Assembly: GCA_030390025.1 (NCBI GenBank)
Contig: CM059425.1
Location: 176,764,001-176,828,000 of the forward strand
Direction of reading: 5' to 3'
Length of the DNA: 64,000 nucleotides
From: Squalus acanthias
Lineage: Eukaryota
Part shown: positions 24,650-36,465 of the stretch, piece by piece
Layout of the letters: the number at the start of each line of letters is the position of its first letter
How positions within the stretch are numbered: the stretch's first letter is position 1
Notes under the pieces: model-generated
Databases searched by the model: none
Told to the model about the DNA's origin: nothing
The model's input: only the letters and a program-made list of their open reading frames with translations
Translations under genes and position numbers: made by a program

Positions 24650-25450
24650 CAACCACCCATATTTATAGAGCGCGCCATTCCTACCTGGTGTGTCAGCGAA
24701 AACTTCTCTATGCTGCTTCCGCTTCATTGCAGAGGCAGTGACTGAGCTAGGCCATCTGCTACGAGCTGACTTACTGACAACCTCAAGGACAAAGACAGCT
24801 CTTCCGGCGGCTGTGCAGACCACAAGGATATTAAGCCTTTAAGCTACCCAGTCTGCAGTTCATACCTGCATAAAGCAAATGGCTGCAGCCACGTTTGCCA
24901 GGAGAAACACCTTTGTCAGTGGGAAAGGAAAACAGCAGGAGAGGGAACTCTGGCTGGCTGGCCGGCTTCCCAAGAGTCCAGATGGCAGTATAGATTGTAC
25001 CATTGGCATTCCACTTGTCAACCTAATGCTTACATGGACAGGAAGGCTCATCACTCTACAAATGCTCAGATAGTTTCTGACCACAAAAACTTGATCCCAC
25101 TTGTAAATTATCTAGGGAGCTTTAATCATGCAATAGTCTATATTATTGCATGATTAAAGCTCCCGATATATTTAAGGTGCCGTATTTTTCAGTGAGCTCA
25201 AGATAATGAATATATGACTGTTGGGAGGGCGAGGCTACCCTTTCCATCCATGTCTGATAATCCTAATTGGAAACCCCTATACAGCAGCAGAGTGCAAATA
25301 CATTGAAGTCCACACCACCACCTGAATAACTGGGGAGCACACCACTGGAGACTAAAGCAGCAATTCAGCTGTGCGTAGCACTTGGGTGGAGTTTTGCTGC
25401 AGTTGAACTGCGACCATTCAGCTCCTTCCCAGTGATCGTTTCCTCTTCGT
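24650..25450 (+). pseudogene. Old, highly degraded Harbinger transposase
   Basis: Remnants read FRFIAEAVTELGHLLRADL, GSIDCT, LLGGRGYP and LKQQFSC. Confidence 0.6.
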
Positions 25451-25888
25451 ACCCTTTCCAAGAAGCACGGTCGCACCAATGGGTGAATAAAAAGATCAAT
25501 AGTTATTTGGTGATATTTACATAAATTAAGTGCTCTTCATTCCACCACTATGCTTCCCTTTGGTGATCTTGTAAGATGTGCTCGCCCTATTATATCCAAG
25601 TGGTCCCTGAGTGCTAGAAGCAACTGTGGTGACACCAGCTGCGTTGTGTCCCTGTAGGGCTTTGGTGGCCTTGAGTTGACTCTGCAACAGGTGGAGCCAC
25701 GTCTAACAATGCAGTGGCTGCCAACAACTGCCCACTCTCTTGCACTTCATCAATTATTTGAGGGGAATAGTAAAATGGGTGGATGTGAGGTCACCCTGAG
25801 AGGAAGTTGCCTCCATTCTCCAGCCATGTCTCAGATGTTGGGCACCTCAGCTGAATGACTAGTGAACTGCATGAGAGAAGTTCATATT

Positions 25889-27760
25889 GACCTAGAAATT
25901 CCCTAACTTAACGCCAGGTGTTTGCACCGTATTTCTTCAAAAAATGGCGGCTGCCACGCTTCCGCCCGCTTCCGGCACGGGACACAGCAGCCGCCATTTT
26001 GATGAGGGACATAGCGTGGCGTTGCCAGGGCTGGCCTCTCAGATTTAAATGAGCAGATGGTGACGTAAGTTGGCGTGCAACGTCTGATTTGACTCCAAGA
26101 CTGTTATTTTCAACGTTGCTGCACGCCATAATGCCCTCTCCAAACTATGCACAGAAGAACTTGCGTGTAGCAGACTGACAGAGACACTGTCCGCGCTTCT
26201 TAAATGGACACACAAATCTTTCAGGTAACTTTGGATTTCAGCTATTGGACTTTTAAAAAATATTTTATTGAAGTAGTGGCTTGGTGCATTACATTTAAAA
26301 AGTTGTTCAAGTGTGCAGGGAGTGCTGCTGGATGCTTGGAAGGCTTTGAATGGTAAAGGAAGGCCTCTGAGAAGACGTTTCAGGTCGAGATACTGCCTGA
26401 CCTGCTGAGTATTTCCAGCATTTTCTGCTTTTATTTCAGATTTCCAGCATCCGTGATATTTTGCCTCTGAGAAGACGACTTGCTCACTGTCCTGGAGGAT
26501 ACATGGAGATGAAGCAGAGGCAGCAAAGAGGACAAACTGCTCGCAGAGGGAAGAGAAAGAAACGGAAGAGGAGGAAGCAGAAGGAAGGATGCAACACAGT
26601 CAGCCACTTTCTGGCTGGGACATCTGGGATGGAATCATCCGCCTGCGGTACAAGTGACCACAACCCCAATTCCCCTTTCAACATTTGTCCCACACCTGAC
26701 CTTCCCTCTGTTACTGACCATCACAGCGTCCTCTTGGTCACAATGCTGAAATAAAAGCCACCACAAAGCAAACTTTCCAATCCAACTTTATCCATATATG
26801 CATCCAATATTGCATCAAAAAATCAACTAATCACCCTTGTGCATTCCTTTGGTGACTATCTTGTGTGTGCCTTTGCCTAGCCTAGTGCTGTTATGCAGTG
26901 CTACCCCAGTGGCTGCAGCATGTCTGGTGGATGGCTGCTGACTTTCAGTGGGGGACACTGCAGATGGCCTTGCAGGACGACCTCGAGGAGCTGGTGGCTG
27001 GGAATGTGAAATCGAGTGACAGTGTTTCTTCTTCTTCACTCTCCTCTCCCTCTTCTTGGTCAACCACTGGCTGGGCAGGCTGGAATTCTTGGGTGTCGGA
27101 AATGAGGAAGGCACAAGGATAGGGTTGTGGTGAGGGGAGGACAGGAAAGCAAGAGGTGCATGCTTATACCATGCGAGCCTTGTAAATCAGAAGATATTGT
27201 GGGATGAGGAGGAAGTGGGATGTGAGAAGGAGGATTAGGTATGAGGATACCGGCATCTTGTATTCTTTCAGCCCCGTCATTGGCCAAGGGCTCAGCCATG
27301 ACCCTGCCAAGAATGGCCAGCATTGTCTCCTCCAAGGGGGTGAGGTGAAGCTAGGAATGTGAGATGTGCCTCGTGTTTGGTAGAGATTGTTGGTAGGTGA
27401 GTGATGGGGGTTGGGGGTGGGGGGCTCGTACATTGAGCAGTGTGAGAGGCTAGTGTGCAGTTGGTAGGAGACGGCTTTTGAAGATGCATTCACTGACCTT
27501 GACCACTCATCTGAGGTCATGAAACTTCTTTGGGCCAGGTCCTGGGGGTGACACTGCTGGCAGTGACGGCCTCGGTGATCTGGTCCCACATCCTTCTTTC
27601 TGGAGGGCTTCCTGGACCCCTGTGGGTAGAGGACCTCTCTTCCAGAGTTGACCCCCTGCAGAAAACTGGAGTGCGGCGTCCAAGACCCTGGGTGCCCCTT
27701 CCCTGGCTTGAAGATACTGCTTGTTCCATGCCATACTGCATTTGAGTAATTCCCTCATGC
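25889..27760 (-). mobile_element. Non-autonomous Harbinger (Myb gene on the minus strand, transposase core deleted)
   Basis: The left TIR GACCTAGAAATT is at 25889. The Myb motif reads RRMWDQITEAVTASSVTPRTW. It is homologous to 6858-8196. Confidence 0.75.
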
Positions 27761-28449
27761 AGGACTGCAGTGATGTCAGAAGTGCACTGTTACATGTTCT
27801 CTGCCAGCAGATGCAGGCTGCTCATGACAGGCTCAAAGAATATCATAAAAGCTTCTGTTCCTGCATTCATTCCCATCTGCAGGCAGGCCCAATACAATAG
27901 CAGCATGGAATGGAACTTGTAGAAACTGTTCAGCAATGAACCTACATTTACTAATATTAATTTCAGTAGCAGCAGTCACACTAAAATGACGCCCGTTCAC
28001 ATATATTTGTATTATTCATCACATAAGTCTAGTTTTGTGATGGATTAGTACAATGCATGAGTGAGACTGGTGCCAAATTATGACAAGTTTTGTGCTATAA
28101 ACACATCCACCAGGATTCAGGCTATATTGGGTAGGATCCTGAAAGCTAACTCTGCTACCCTGTCGTCGTAAGGGCTCATTTTGCAAGACCAGGTGCTTGG
28201 AATGTCTAGATAGCTCAAACTAGCCCAGGGTACACTCACGTAACTGTGTCCAATTTAGTGGTATCAGCTCATATGAATAATTAGCAAAATGTCCCAGCAT
28301 TATTTTGGCTTTGTGTCACCAGCTGGCCTAATGGTGGATGTGCAAAACGGAATCAGGAGTTCACATTTGGTTGCATATGGGCCAAATATTATTTCAACCT
28401 TTAAAAAGCCTCAAAATGGAGTTTAAATATGTATCAGTCTATGCTAAGG

Positions 28450-28850
28450 TTAGTAGGTGGAAGAAAGAAGTGGCAAGAAAAAATGAAGTGAAAGGAAGCC
28501 CAGTGTGGGCAAGTGACAATGGTATGACACCCAATACCCGGTTTGATGGCTGGTATGAAATGGCTACAAGGAGGTTGCCTTGCTTGACACTCCAAGACAC
28601 TCTCCCTAGAGGACAGCAGGAAGTGGCAGCCAGGGTGAATGATCTGTACAGAATATGGGTGCCATGAGTCTGTATTCTTGAGAACTGTCAACTGGGAAAA
28701 ATTCTGCGCACTGTTGAGCTGTTGCCTTTTTTCCACAGGGAAAATGATCAAAATGTTGGTTCTTCCAAACAATGCTTCTATCACTTGCTCGCTGCATTTA
28801 TGGATAGCTGATTGATTTGGCATATGTCGCCATGCTGGCTTGGAAGAATA
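28450..28850 (-). pseudogene. Degraded Harbinger transposase fragment
   Basis: NQSAIHKCSEQVIEALFGRTNILIIFP matches the ISQ.A.H.CI.EVT.AL...FI.FP segment of the other copies. Confidence 0.5.
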
Positions 28851-30106
28851 GAGCGACGTAAAAGTTTAAGCTCACCGGTGAGAAGAGCTGTCACTGTGGA
28901 ACAGGTGGTCTGCAGGTCGGCCTCTGAATAATGACATAGCTATTAGGCAGCCCCTTTATGAAATGAAGTGCTGAATACAGGCTTCCTTTGACATGCCCAG
29001 GAGAGATTGTCTGGGCCTGTTAATACAATGCCTGGGGTAAGGACAGGTGCATGCACAAAACGTGATGTACAGTCACACTTCCCTGGCTTGTCACCTCAGG
29101 TGTGGTCTGCCTCTTCCAAATTTGGGCACACCACTGGACCCCCCAAAGGAATTCCCATCTGACCATTTTAGATTGCTGCAAGTGAAACAGCAACTGCAAG
29201 CAAGATGGGTGTGTTGAAATGGATTTGGAAATAAAAGTCTTGCAATGCAAAAATCAAGCCTAAACAGCAGCAAAAATGAATTTAAGTAAAATAAGTAAAA
29301 ATAATACTTTTCCTACCAACCAGGCAATCCATACACTTCTGGATCTGTTTCAAATGTGTGAATAGAATTGACTGTAATAAAACAGTGAGAAAACCCCCCG
29401 ATCCAGCAATGCTCACAAATTTTAAGCCTGTAAAGAGGTTTGAATGTCAGTCCAGCCTGTGGTAGGCTGACTTTTAGAGGATGGCTCACAGTGAATCGAG
29501 TGTGTCGGCTGCACATCCGATTTCATCGTCTGTTCTCCCAGTCAGTGAGGCTCACACTGCCAGCAAAGCCTCAGAAACTCAGTGCTATGACACCTTGTTG
29601 GCAACAATGAGAATTATAGTTGGCCCATTAGTTGTTTCACTGCCTCATGTCGAAAATCTGCATTCAATAATGAAATGTTTCAGAAGTTACTTTACACTGG
29701 TTTGAATTATTCCCTACATTGCTTTTCTTTGCATCTGGCAGAATCTAATGGTGATTAAAGTTTATAATTTCTGCTGATCGTTACTATTTAGATTAATAAC
29801 ATGGCCTTGGACGTATTTGTCTTGTCCAATTATCCACCTAATAATTTTATAGATTGAACATTCTCAAGGTTAATGTCCATTCCCATTGATGACTGAGGGA
29901 GTTACTTTGGCAAGAGACTGGCACAAAGAAATTTAGCAAATTGGCTTTATTTTTGATCAGTGGAAGGTGGTTGTTGAATACCCATTGGAAATCCCTGTTT
30001 CATATCTTCAGTTAATATTTACTGATAACTTTGATAGATTTATATGAAAACAGAAGGATTCTATTGGGTGTAAGTAAACTAAGCCAAAAACTTTGGGCTC
30101 CATGAC

Positions 30107-30686
30107 TAGAAACATAGAAACATAGAAGATAGGAGCAGGAGTAGGCCATTCGGCCCCTCGAGCCTGCTCCACCATTCGATGAGATCATGGCTGATCATCC
30201 AAACTCAGTACCCTGTACCTGCCTTCTCCCCATATCCCTTGATACCTTTAGCTTTAAGAAATATATCTAACTCATCCTTGAATATATTTAATGACTTCGC
30301 CTCAACTACCTTCTGTGGTAGAGAATTCCACAGGTTCACCACTCTCTGGGTGAAGAAATTCTTCCTCATTTCTGTCCTAAATGGCTTACCCCTTATCCTT
30401 AGATTATGACCCCTGGTTCTGGACTCTCCGACCATCGGGAACATTCTTCCTGCATCTAGTTTGTCCAGACCTGTCAGAATTTTATATGTTTCGATGAGAT
30501 CCCTCTCATTCTTCTATACTCCAGCGAGTATAAGCCCAATCGACCCAATCTCTCCTCATATGTCATTCCTGCCATCCCAGGTATCAGCCTTGTGAATCTT
30601 CGCTGAACTCTTTCCATGGCAAGAACATCCTTCCTCAGATAAGGCGACCAAAACTGCACACAGTACTCAAGGTGTGGTCTCACCAA
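30107..30686 (-). mobile_element. CR1 LINE 3' fragment
   Basis: Encodes [15 protein letters not shown]...FFTQRVVNLWNSLP. The tail (TTCTATGT)n is on the minus strand. Confidence 0.9.
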
Positions 30687-31479
30687 TTTTCTGATTGAGG
30701 TTTAGTGGTGGCACATCTGAATGTGCATAAGTGCAACTTGTGCTAAACATGCATGTTGAGTACCTTAAGACTTTGCAAGGTCCATTAATTAAAATAATTA
30801 ATCACCGTTCTGAGTGAAGATTGCACCATTTGCCTGGAGTACGCAGACTACATGGACAGAATAGCCAGCACAGCAGCAGATTTGAAGAGCTGCTATTGAG
30901 CCTTAAAGGGGTAGTGACAATTCCAACAGTGCAAGTTAGCAGCAGCAGACAAAATACCTTGAAGGAGATTCCTCAGGATCCTGCCAGAGCCCAGGGAGGA
31001 GGGAGAACATCCTTTTACACAGAGAACCCTGGAGATCATGCTAAAGGAGGAACAGAAAGTATGGTTGTACAGGCATAAAACGGGCACCTAAAGGCCCAAT
31101 ATGGTGGATGTGCCAGTCCTGCGGTAGAAGTGCACTCCCCACCATATTGGATGGGGCTGCTCTGTAGGCATCCAAAGCATGCGCCAGAAGTATTAAAAAG
31201 GTACATTACAATAAAATTAGGATCCTGTGCTTGTTTTAAGACCAATTCGGGAAATTGGTCTGCCTGACTCGCCACATGATAAACTCGCCCAGCAAATCAT
31301 GGTGCTTACAGTTAGCGAGGACCTTCCAGGAGAGCTATTTAAAGGGCTCACCCCTCCTTACAGGTTACTTGCTGGCTTGTCCTCTTACACTGCTAGTTAA
31401 CTTCTGGGCCATTTTGGGCTAGTATCTCCATTCCACAAGTGATACTGAGTTCTGGGAACAACTTTGTGCTGGCCCTGTC

Positions 31480-32209
31480 TTTTTTCAAACTGTTTATTCC
31501 ACTCAAGGGTAATCAGATAGGTTTGCCTTTGGGGCTAGAGGAGGGGGAAGCAGCAAAGAAGACAAAAGAGAGCAGGAGCAGCTGGGACAAGAGGGAGGAG
31601 GAGAACAATGTGCAGGCCTTCAGAAAGAACTTTTCGTATCTCAACTTCACCAAGGAGAAATGTGTGAGGCTTCTGCACTTCACCAAGGAGGCTATCACCA
31701 AACTATGTCGCCTGTTGCAGCCATAAATAGAGCCTCAAACCAGGGCATGGACAGCACTGCCCGTTGCTGTCAAGGTCAACGTGGCCCTTAACTTTTACGC
31801 CACAAAGTCATTCCAGACTGCAGCAAGTAATATCAGTGACATATCCCAGTTTGCTGTGCACCAGTGTATCAGGCAAATGACCGAGGCTCTCTCTGCCAGG
31901 AGGAGCACATACATCACATTCCCAGAGCGAATCAGGAAGAGAGAGGACTAGGCGTCACTCACAATGAAGGCTTCCCCAGGGTCCAAGGTCCACATTGCCT
32001 TGCGGGCTCCCCATCACCAGCCTGGCATCCTTCACAACAGAAAGAGATATCACTTCCTCAACATTGTTTGAGACTACAGGCAGCGCATCATGAAGGTCTG
32101 TGCCTGGTTTACTGGCAGCAGTCAGAATTCATTCATCCAGCACCAGTCCTCTGTGCCGCCTTTATTCCAACCTGGCCAACAAGAGACAGCCCAGCTACTT
32201 GGGGACTAG
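31480..32209 (+). pseudogene. Old Harbinger transposase, 5' part (outer nested element)
   Basis: Encodes KCVRLLHFTKEAITKLCRLLQP, ALPVAVKVNVALNFYA..SFQ, ISQFAVHQCIRQMTEAL and GFPRVQG. It ends at LLGD, right at the inner element's TIR. Confidence 0.8.
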
Positions 32210-32692
32210 GGCCAGGAAATTGGACCCGTTTGCGCCGGCTGAAAAGGCTGGTTTGGAAAAAGAAATGACGGCCGCCTCGCTTCCGCCAGGTCCCGTGGCA
32301 GCCGTCATTTTGGGCAGGTCAGCAGCGCCTATGGTCGCTGCAGAAATGGAAATGAAGCAGATCGTGATGTCAATGAGTGTGCAACGCTGATTTGACGCAC
32401 AACCTGCCATTTTCGACATCGCCGCTCCATTCAACTCCCTCTCCAAATCACTACCAGCTGACCATGCGATCAGAAGCAGGAAGGAGCCCCCACCAGCACT
32501 ATTTAAAGGGATCAGCAATAACTTGCAGCTGACTTGCTTTTTGATTTCTACTGGCTCTGTGTAAGTTGGTGCAACTGTTTGGAGCTTTCTACAGTTGTTT
32601 AAAGTTGGTGAGGTGACAGAGAGTGTTTCTGCAAGTGGAGAACGCCTTGCTTCTGATTTAAAGGGTTCTGCTCACACCAATTGCTCCCAGTC

Positions 32693-33528
32693 ATGGGGGC
32701 TCTACTTGCAGCCCCCCTCGTGCTTGAGTATGACAGGGAGATGAAGCGGAGGCAGTGAAGGAGAGGACAAGATGCTCGCAGAGGGAGGAGGAAGAGGGCT
32801 CTCAGCAGGAGGCCTTATCCACCTCAGGTCTACCGAGAGCACTTCTCCTACCTGCACTTAAGCCAGGAGCACTGTATTAGGAGGCTCCACTTCATCAAGA
32901 AGGTGGTCACTGAACTCTGCCACCTCTTGGAGCCAGACTTGCAGCCCCAGCAGGGCGACGACGGCTCTCCCAGTGGCCCTCAATTTTTCGTCACTGGATC
33001 CTTCCAATCTGGAGCCGGAGGCAGAGCTAACATCTCCTAGTTCGTCATCCATTGCTGCATCCGAGAGGTCACAGAGGCTCTGTACTCCAGGAGAAGGGAC
33101 TTCATTGTCTTCTCTCTGAACAGAGAGAAGCATGAGGACTGCACATGTGCCTTTGCCAGGATTTTGGGCTTCCCCATGGTGCATGGCTCCATTGACAGCA
33201 CACACGTGGCTTTGCGGGTGCTGCATAACAATCCTGAGATGTTCCATAACCGCAAAGGCTACCACTCACTTAATGTGCAGTTGGTGTGCGACCACACCCT
33301 ACACATCATGCTGGTGAATGCCCGATATCTTGGCAGCAGTCATGATGCCTTCATCCTGCACCAGTCCAGTGTGCCAGCAATCTTCCAGCTACCACATCAA
33401 ACCTTGGGGTGGCTGCTCGGAGACAAGGGCTATCCGCTCTGCACCTGATTGATGACACCTCTCTGCAACCCCACCACTCGTGGCCAGCACTCATATAATG
33501 AGAGCTCTGCTGCCACAAGGAAATTCAT
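32693..33528 (+). pseudogene. Harbinger transposase, 5' part (interrupted by the ERV)
   Basis: Encodes GFPMVHGSIDSTHVAL, FHNRKGYHSLNVQLVCD, ARYLGSSHDAFIL and WLLGDKGYPL. Frameshifts and stops are present. Confidence 0.9.
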
Positions 33529-34540
33529 TGTGGGATCGCAAATTAGGCCTGTGAAACGAAACCTATACCCCTCAGTCTTTAAATATATATTAACCAAGGC
33601 TGTAGGGCAATAATATTAGAAATCATGTCTAAAGGATAGTTAATTCACTTATAGAGGGATATCAATACGTACATATAGCTTTTAGATAGTTGCAAAGCAT
33701 GATGGACTATTTGGTTCATTATATTAACCCTTTTAAATCATACTGTAAGAATCGCTGCTTACAAGAAGCCAGACTATTGGTGCCACAGCACTGATTTCCA
33801 GGCATTTTAGAAGGTCATTATCAGTGCTACAGAAGCAGTATTTATGTGTAGTTGGCCTTCTGAAGAGATAAGGGAAACTGAACCGTACAGGGAGTCGGAC
33901 ATTTCTCTCTTGGCCTCAGACCCCTTATCTCCCTTTGGAGCTGACATTGTGTACCATAATAAGCTTTTCTCGAGAATTAACAACGTGTTGGTCAGGTACA
34001 ACCGCATGGGAAAGGAAAGATAAGTGTGGTATGACCTCGTTTGAGAGACAAGATGGAGTCTGGTAGACCTCGCTCCCAGAGACTAGATGAAGGCCCTGTG
34101 TATAACAACTATGTGTTATGTTTAATGTCACAGAACATTTCAAGGCGGCTCCCAACATTGAGTGACTGATCATTAACCAATAAGGGAACAATGGTAGTGA
34201 CGTTGTTTGTATGTGTGCACCCACTTTTGTAACCTGTGGGTGTTGCCTATCGAAAGGTATATCAATGCTTGTATGTAGCTTTTTCTTTGAGAGTTGGGTT
34301 CGAGTCTGAGGAGATCAACCTCTCTCCCTTTGTGCACAAAGCCTTCTGGCTAGTTTCTAATAAACTTTTACTTTGTCTTCAGTTCCGTCTCCATCTGGTT
34401 TTGCTCCAAATTCGATGTAACAGTAAGGCCCGTTGGTGAGTAATTGGGATGCCGGGAGCAGGGGTGACCTCTTAGGACTTTAATTAGTCCCGGTGTCAGA
34501 AGTGGGCCCCTGTGAAAAAGGCCCAAATTCTGATCTAACA
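33529..34540 (+). repeat. 5' LTR (1012 bp)
   Basis: Runs TGTGGGATCG...GATCTAACA, with AATAAA at 34359-34364. It is a direct repeat of 38836-39847 with about 19 substitutions and no indels by eye. Confidence 0.97.
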
Positions 34541-34542
34541 GT

Positions 34543-34560
34543 TGGTGTCAGAAGTGGGAT
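34543..34560 (+). promoter_or_regulatory. Primer binding site for tRNA-Leu(CAA)
   Basis: TGGTGTCAGAAGTGGGAT starts 2 nt after the LTR. It is complementary to the 3' 18 nt of vertebrate tRNA-Leu(CAA) (...ATCCCACTTCTGACACCA). Confidence 0.9.
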
Positions 34561-35111
34561 ACTGGACTGGAATGTTGGGTGCGGTGGTTGAGGGTCACTC
34601 CTTAAGAGAATTGTTGGAGTTGGGCTTTTCCTGGACTCCCTGTTGCAAATCCCTCGGTGGCAAGTCATGCTCGCAAATAAGCACCAGCCAGGCACAGTAT
34701 TAAATTATCCACGTAGTTAAATTACTCCTCACAGCGACTCACGGGTTGACGGAATTGACTAGACCTAACTGTGTGTATTCCGATTTAAAGTATAAGTGTT
34801 TGTCATTGTTCTGCTTGAGTGTTTGTCATTGTTGAGAGTCACGGGTGATCGACACGGACAAGGCTGGTTGGTTGTCTATCTCAAACACCTAGCCTGAGCC
34901 TGAATTAAGAGGACGTAGTCCCACGTGATGGCCAGGATCAAGTAGGTGTAGGGAACTTCGAACACACCACAGGATCGTAATCCCGTGACGAGTAAGAGGA
35001 AAAAATAAAGATAGAGCATAAGGTGATACGTTTGTGCCGATTAAAGTATAAGATTAGACTAAAGTAAGTTAAAGTATAAGATAAAGCATAAGGATATACG
35101 TGATTATAAGT

Positions 35112-36030
35112 ATGAGTGACGAGGGGAAACCCCTTTCACCGGACGTTCCGGCTATGGCCACCAGTGTCACTGTTGTTAAGCGGGTCCAAGAGGCTAATCT
35201 GAAATACCAGAGTGAGATGATTAAAAATGGGTGGAAAGAAATAAGTCCAGTAGCCGATCAAATTGCCCGGTGATGGGTAAACAATGTACCAACTGCGGTC
35301 GCTTCGGACACACTCGGGGTGCTTGTTTTAAAAAGGGTGGGGGAAGGGAGGGACAGGGACCCCGAAAACTTGGATCACAGGGACCACAAAGGGGGGCGCT
35401 GTCTGACCGAGAGTTGGAAGGACTCCTCCCGCCACCAGCTCCTCACCACGATCAGGATACCCCGGTCTCCTCCGTCGGAGGACCGGGGGCCACCCGCCCG
35501 TGTCTAAATGTACTGTTAGGAGGCCGGCAGTATTGTTATAGACACGGGAGCCTCGGTGTCGATAACCGACTCGAAATTCCCTACAATAGATCAAACCATC
35601 CGAGTAAGCGGGGTTAGTGGAGAAAGTGTGATCCTCCATCAGAGTGTTCCGATTCCATTGCAATTATCCCCCTCAGAGTACGGGAGACACCTCCCAATTT
35701 CAGACCACTCTCCTGACGTACCTACGTATGCTCAGTGAGACAAATCAGGCCAATAAATTTCGGGTTAAATATCTACAGGAGGTACAGGATGATAAAAGAA
35801 TGGAGGGAGTTTGGAAAATACCACCTAGTGTGGGACAGTGGGCGATGGTTCAGCGACCGGTTCGAGGTACATTTGAGCCACGGTGGGATGGACCTTTCCA
35901 GATCCTCCTTAGTACAGGAACCTCCGTTTGTCTGCAAGAAAAATTAGATGTAAGGTGGAGACACTGGAGCCAGACTAAGCCGGTGATGGCGCCCGGGGAA
36001 GGAATTTCCCCCGACCCTCAGGACCCCTAG
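35112..36030 (+). pseudogene. gag-pol: Collapsed gag-pro-pol relic
   Basis: In order: a putative Gag N-terminus (35112-35273), the CCHC knuckle CTNCGRFGHTRGAC (35285-35326), protease VIDTGAS (DTGA at 35541-35552), integrase FHCNYPPQSTG (35653-35685) and the integrase C-terminal EPRWDGPFQILLST. No RT or RNase H motifs are present. Confidence 0.85.
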
Positions 36031-36465
36031 GGCTGAGGAGTAAAAAAAAACCCCTGCAGACTGGATTCTGTCATTTTCAGTGTACTGTCACTTTAAAAGC
36101 CTGTGCTTTCCTTCTCAAGGTCACAGGCTGCACGCGCTCTCTCTCTCTCTCTCTCTCTTCTGAAGAGTGTTGTTGCTACATAAAAAAAAATCGGATTGAA
36201 GTGAATGGAATGTATGTGCCTGTCAGTTGAGGCAATGAATTATCAAATGATTATTAATAATGCGAATAACTTTATTTTCCTCCAAGTGTTTGATTAGGAC
36301 CAAGTCCGTAAAATTACGTAGAGTCTTCGAGTTGTTATTTGCCTTGTGTTTTTCTTACAGACGTTCCACCCAGCCTCAGTACTGTTACCACTTCTGGGGA
36401 TACCGACCCTCCAACAACGCAAAGTAATCTCCCTTTTGACTTGAAGTGGTATTATATTAAACACT

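Noticed and set aside
28876..28923. Possible 48-bp minus-strand exon (AG...GTGAG)
   Set aside because: It is too short, has no recognisable homology and has no partner exons.
33807..34439. Short ORFs repeated in both LTRs
   Set aside because: They are duplicated only because they lie in the LTRs, and they have no motifs or convincing starts.
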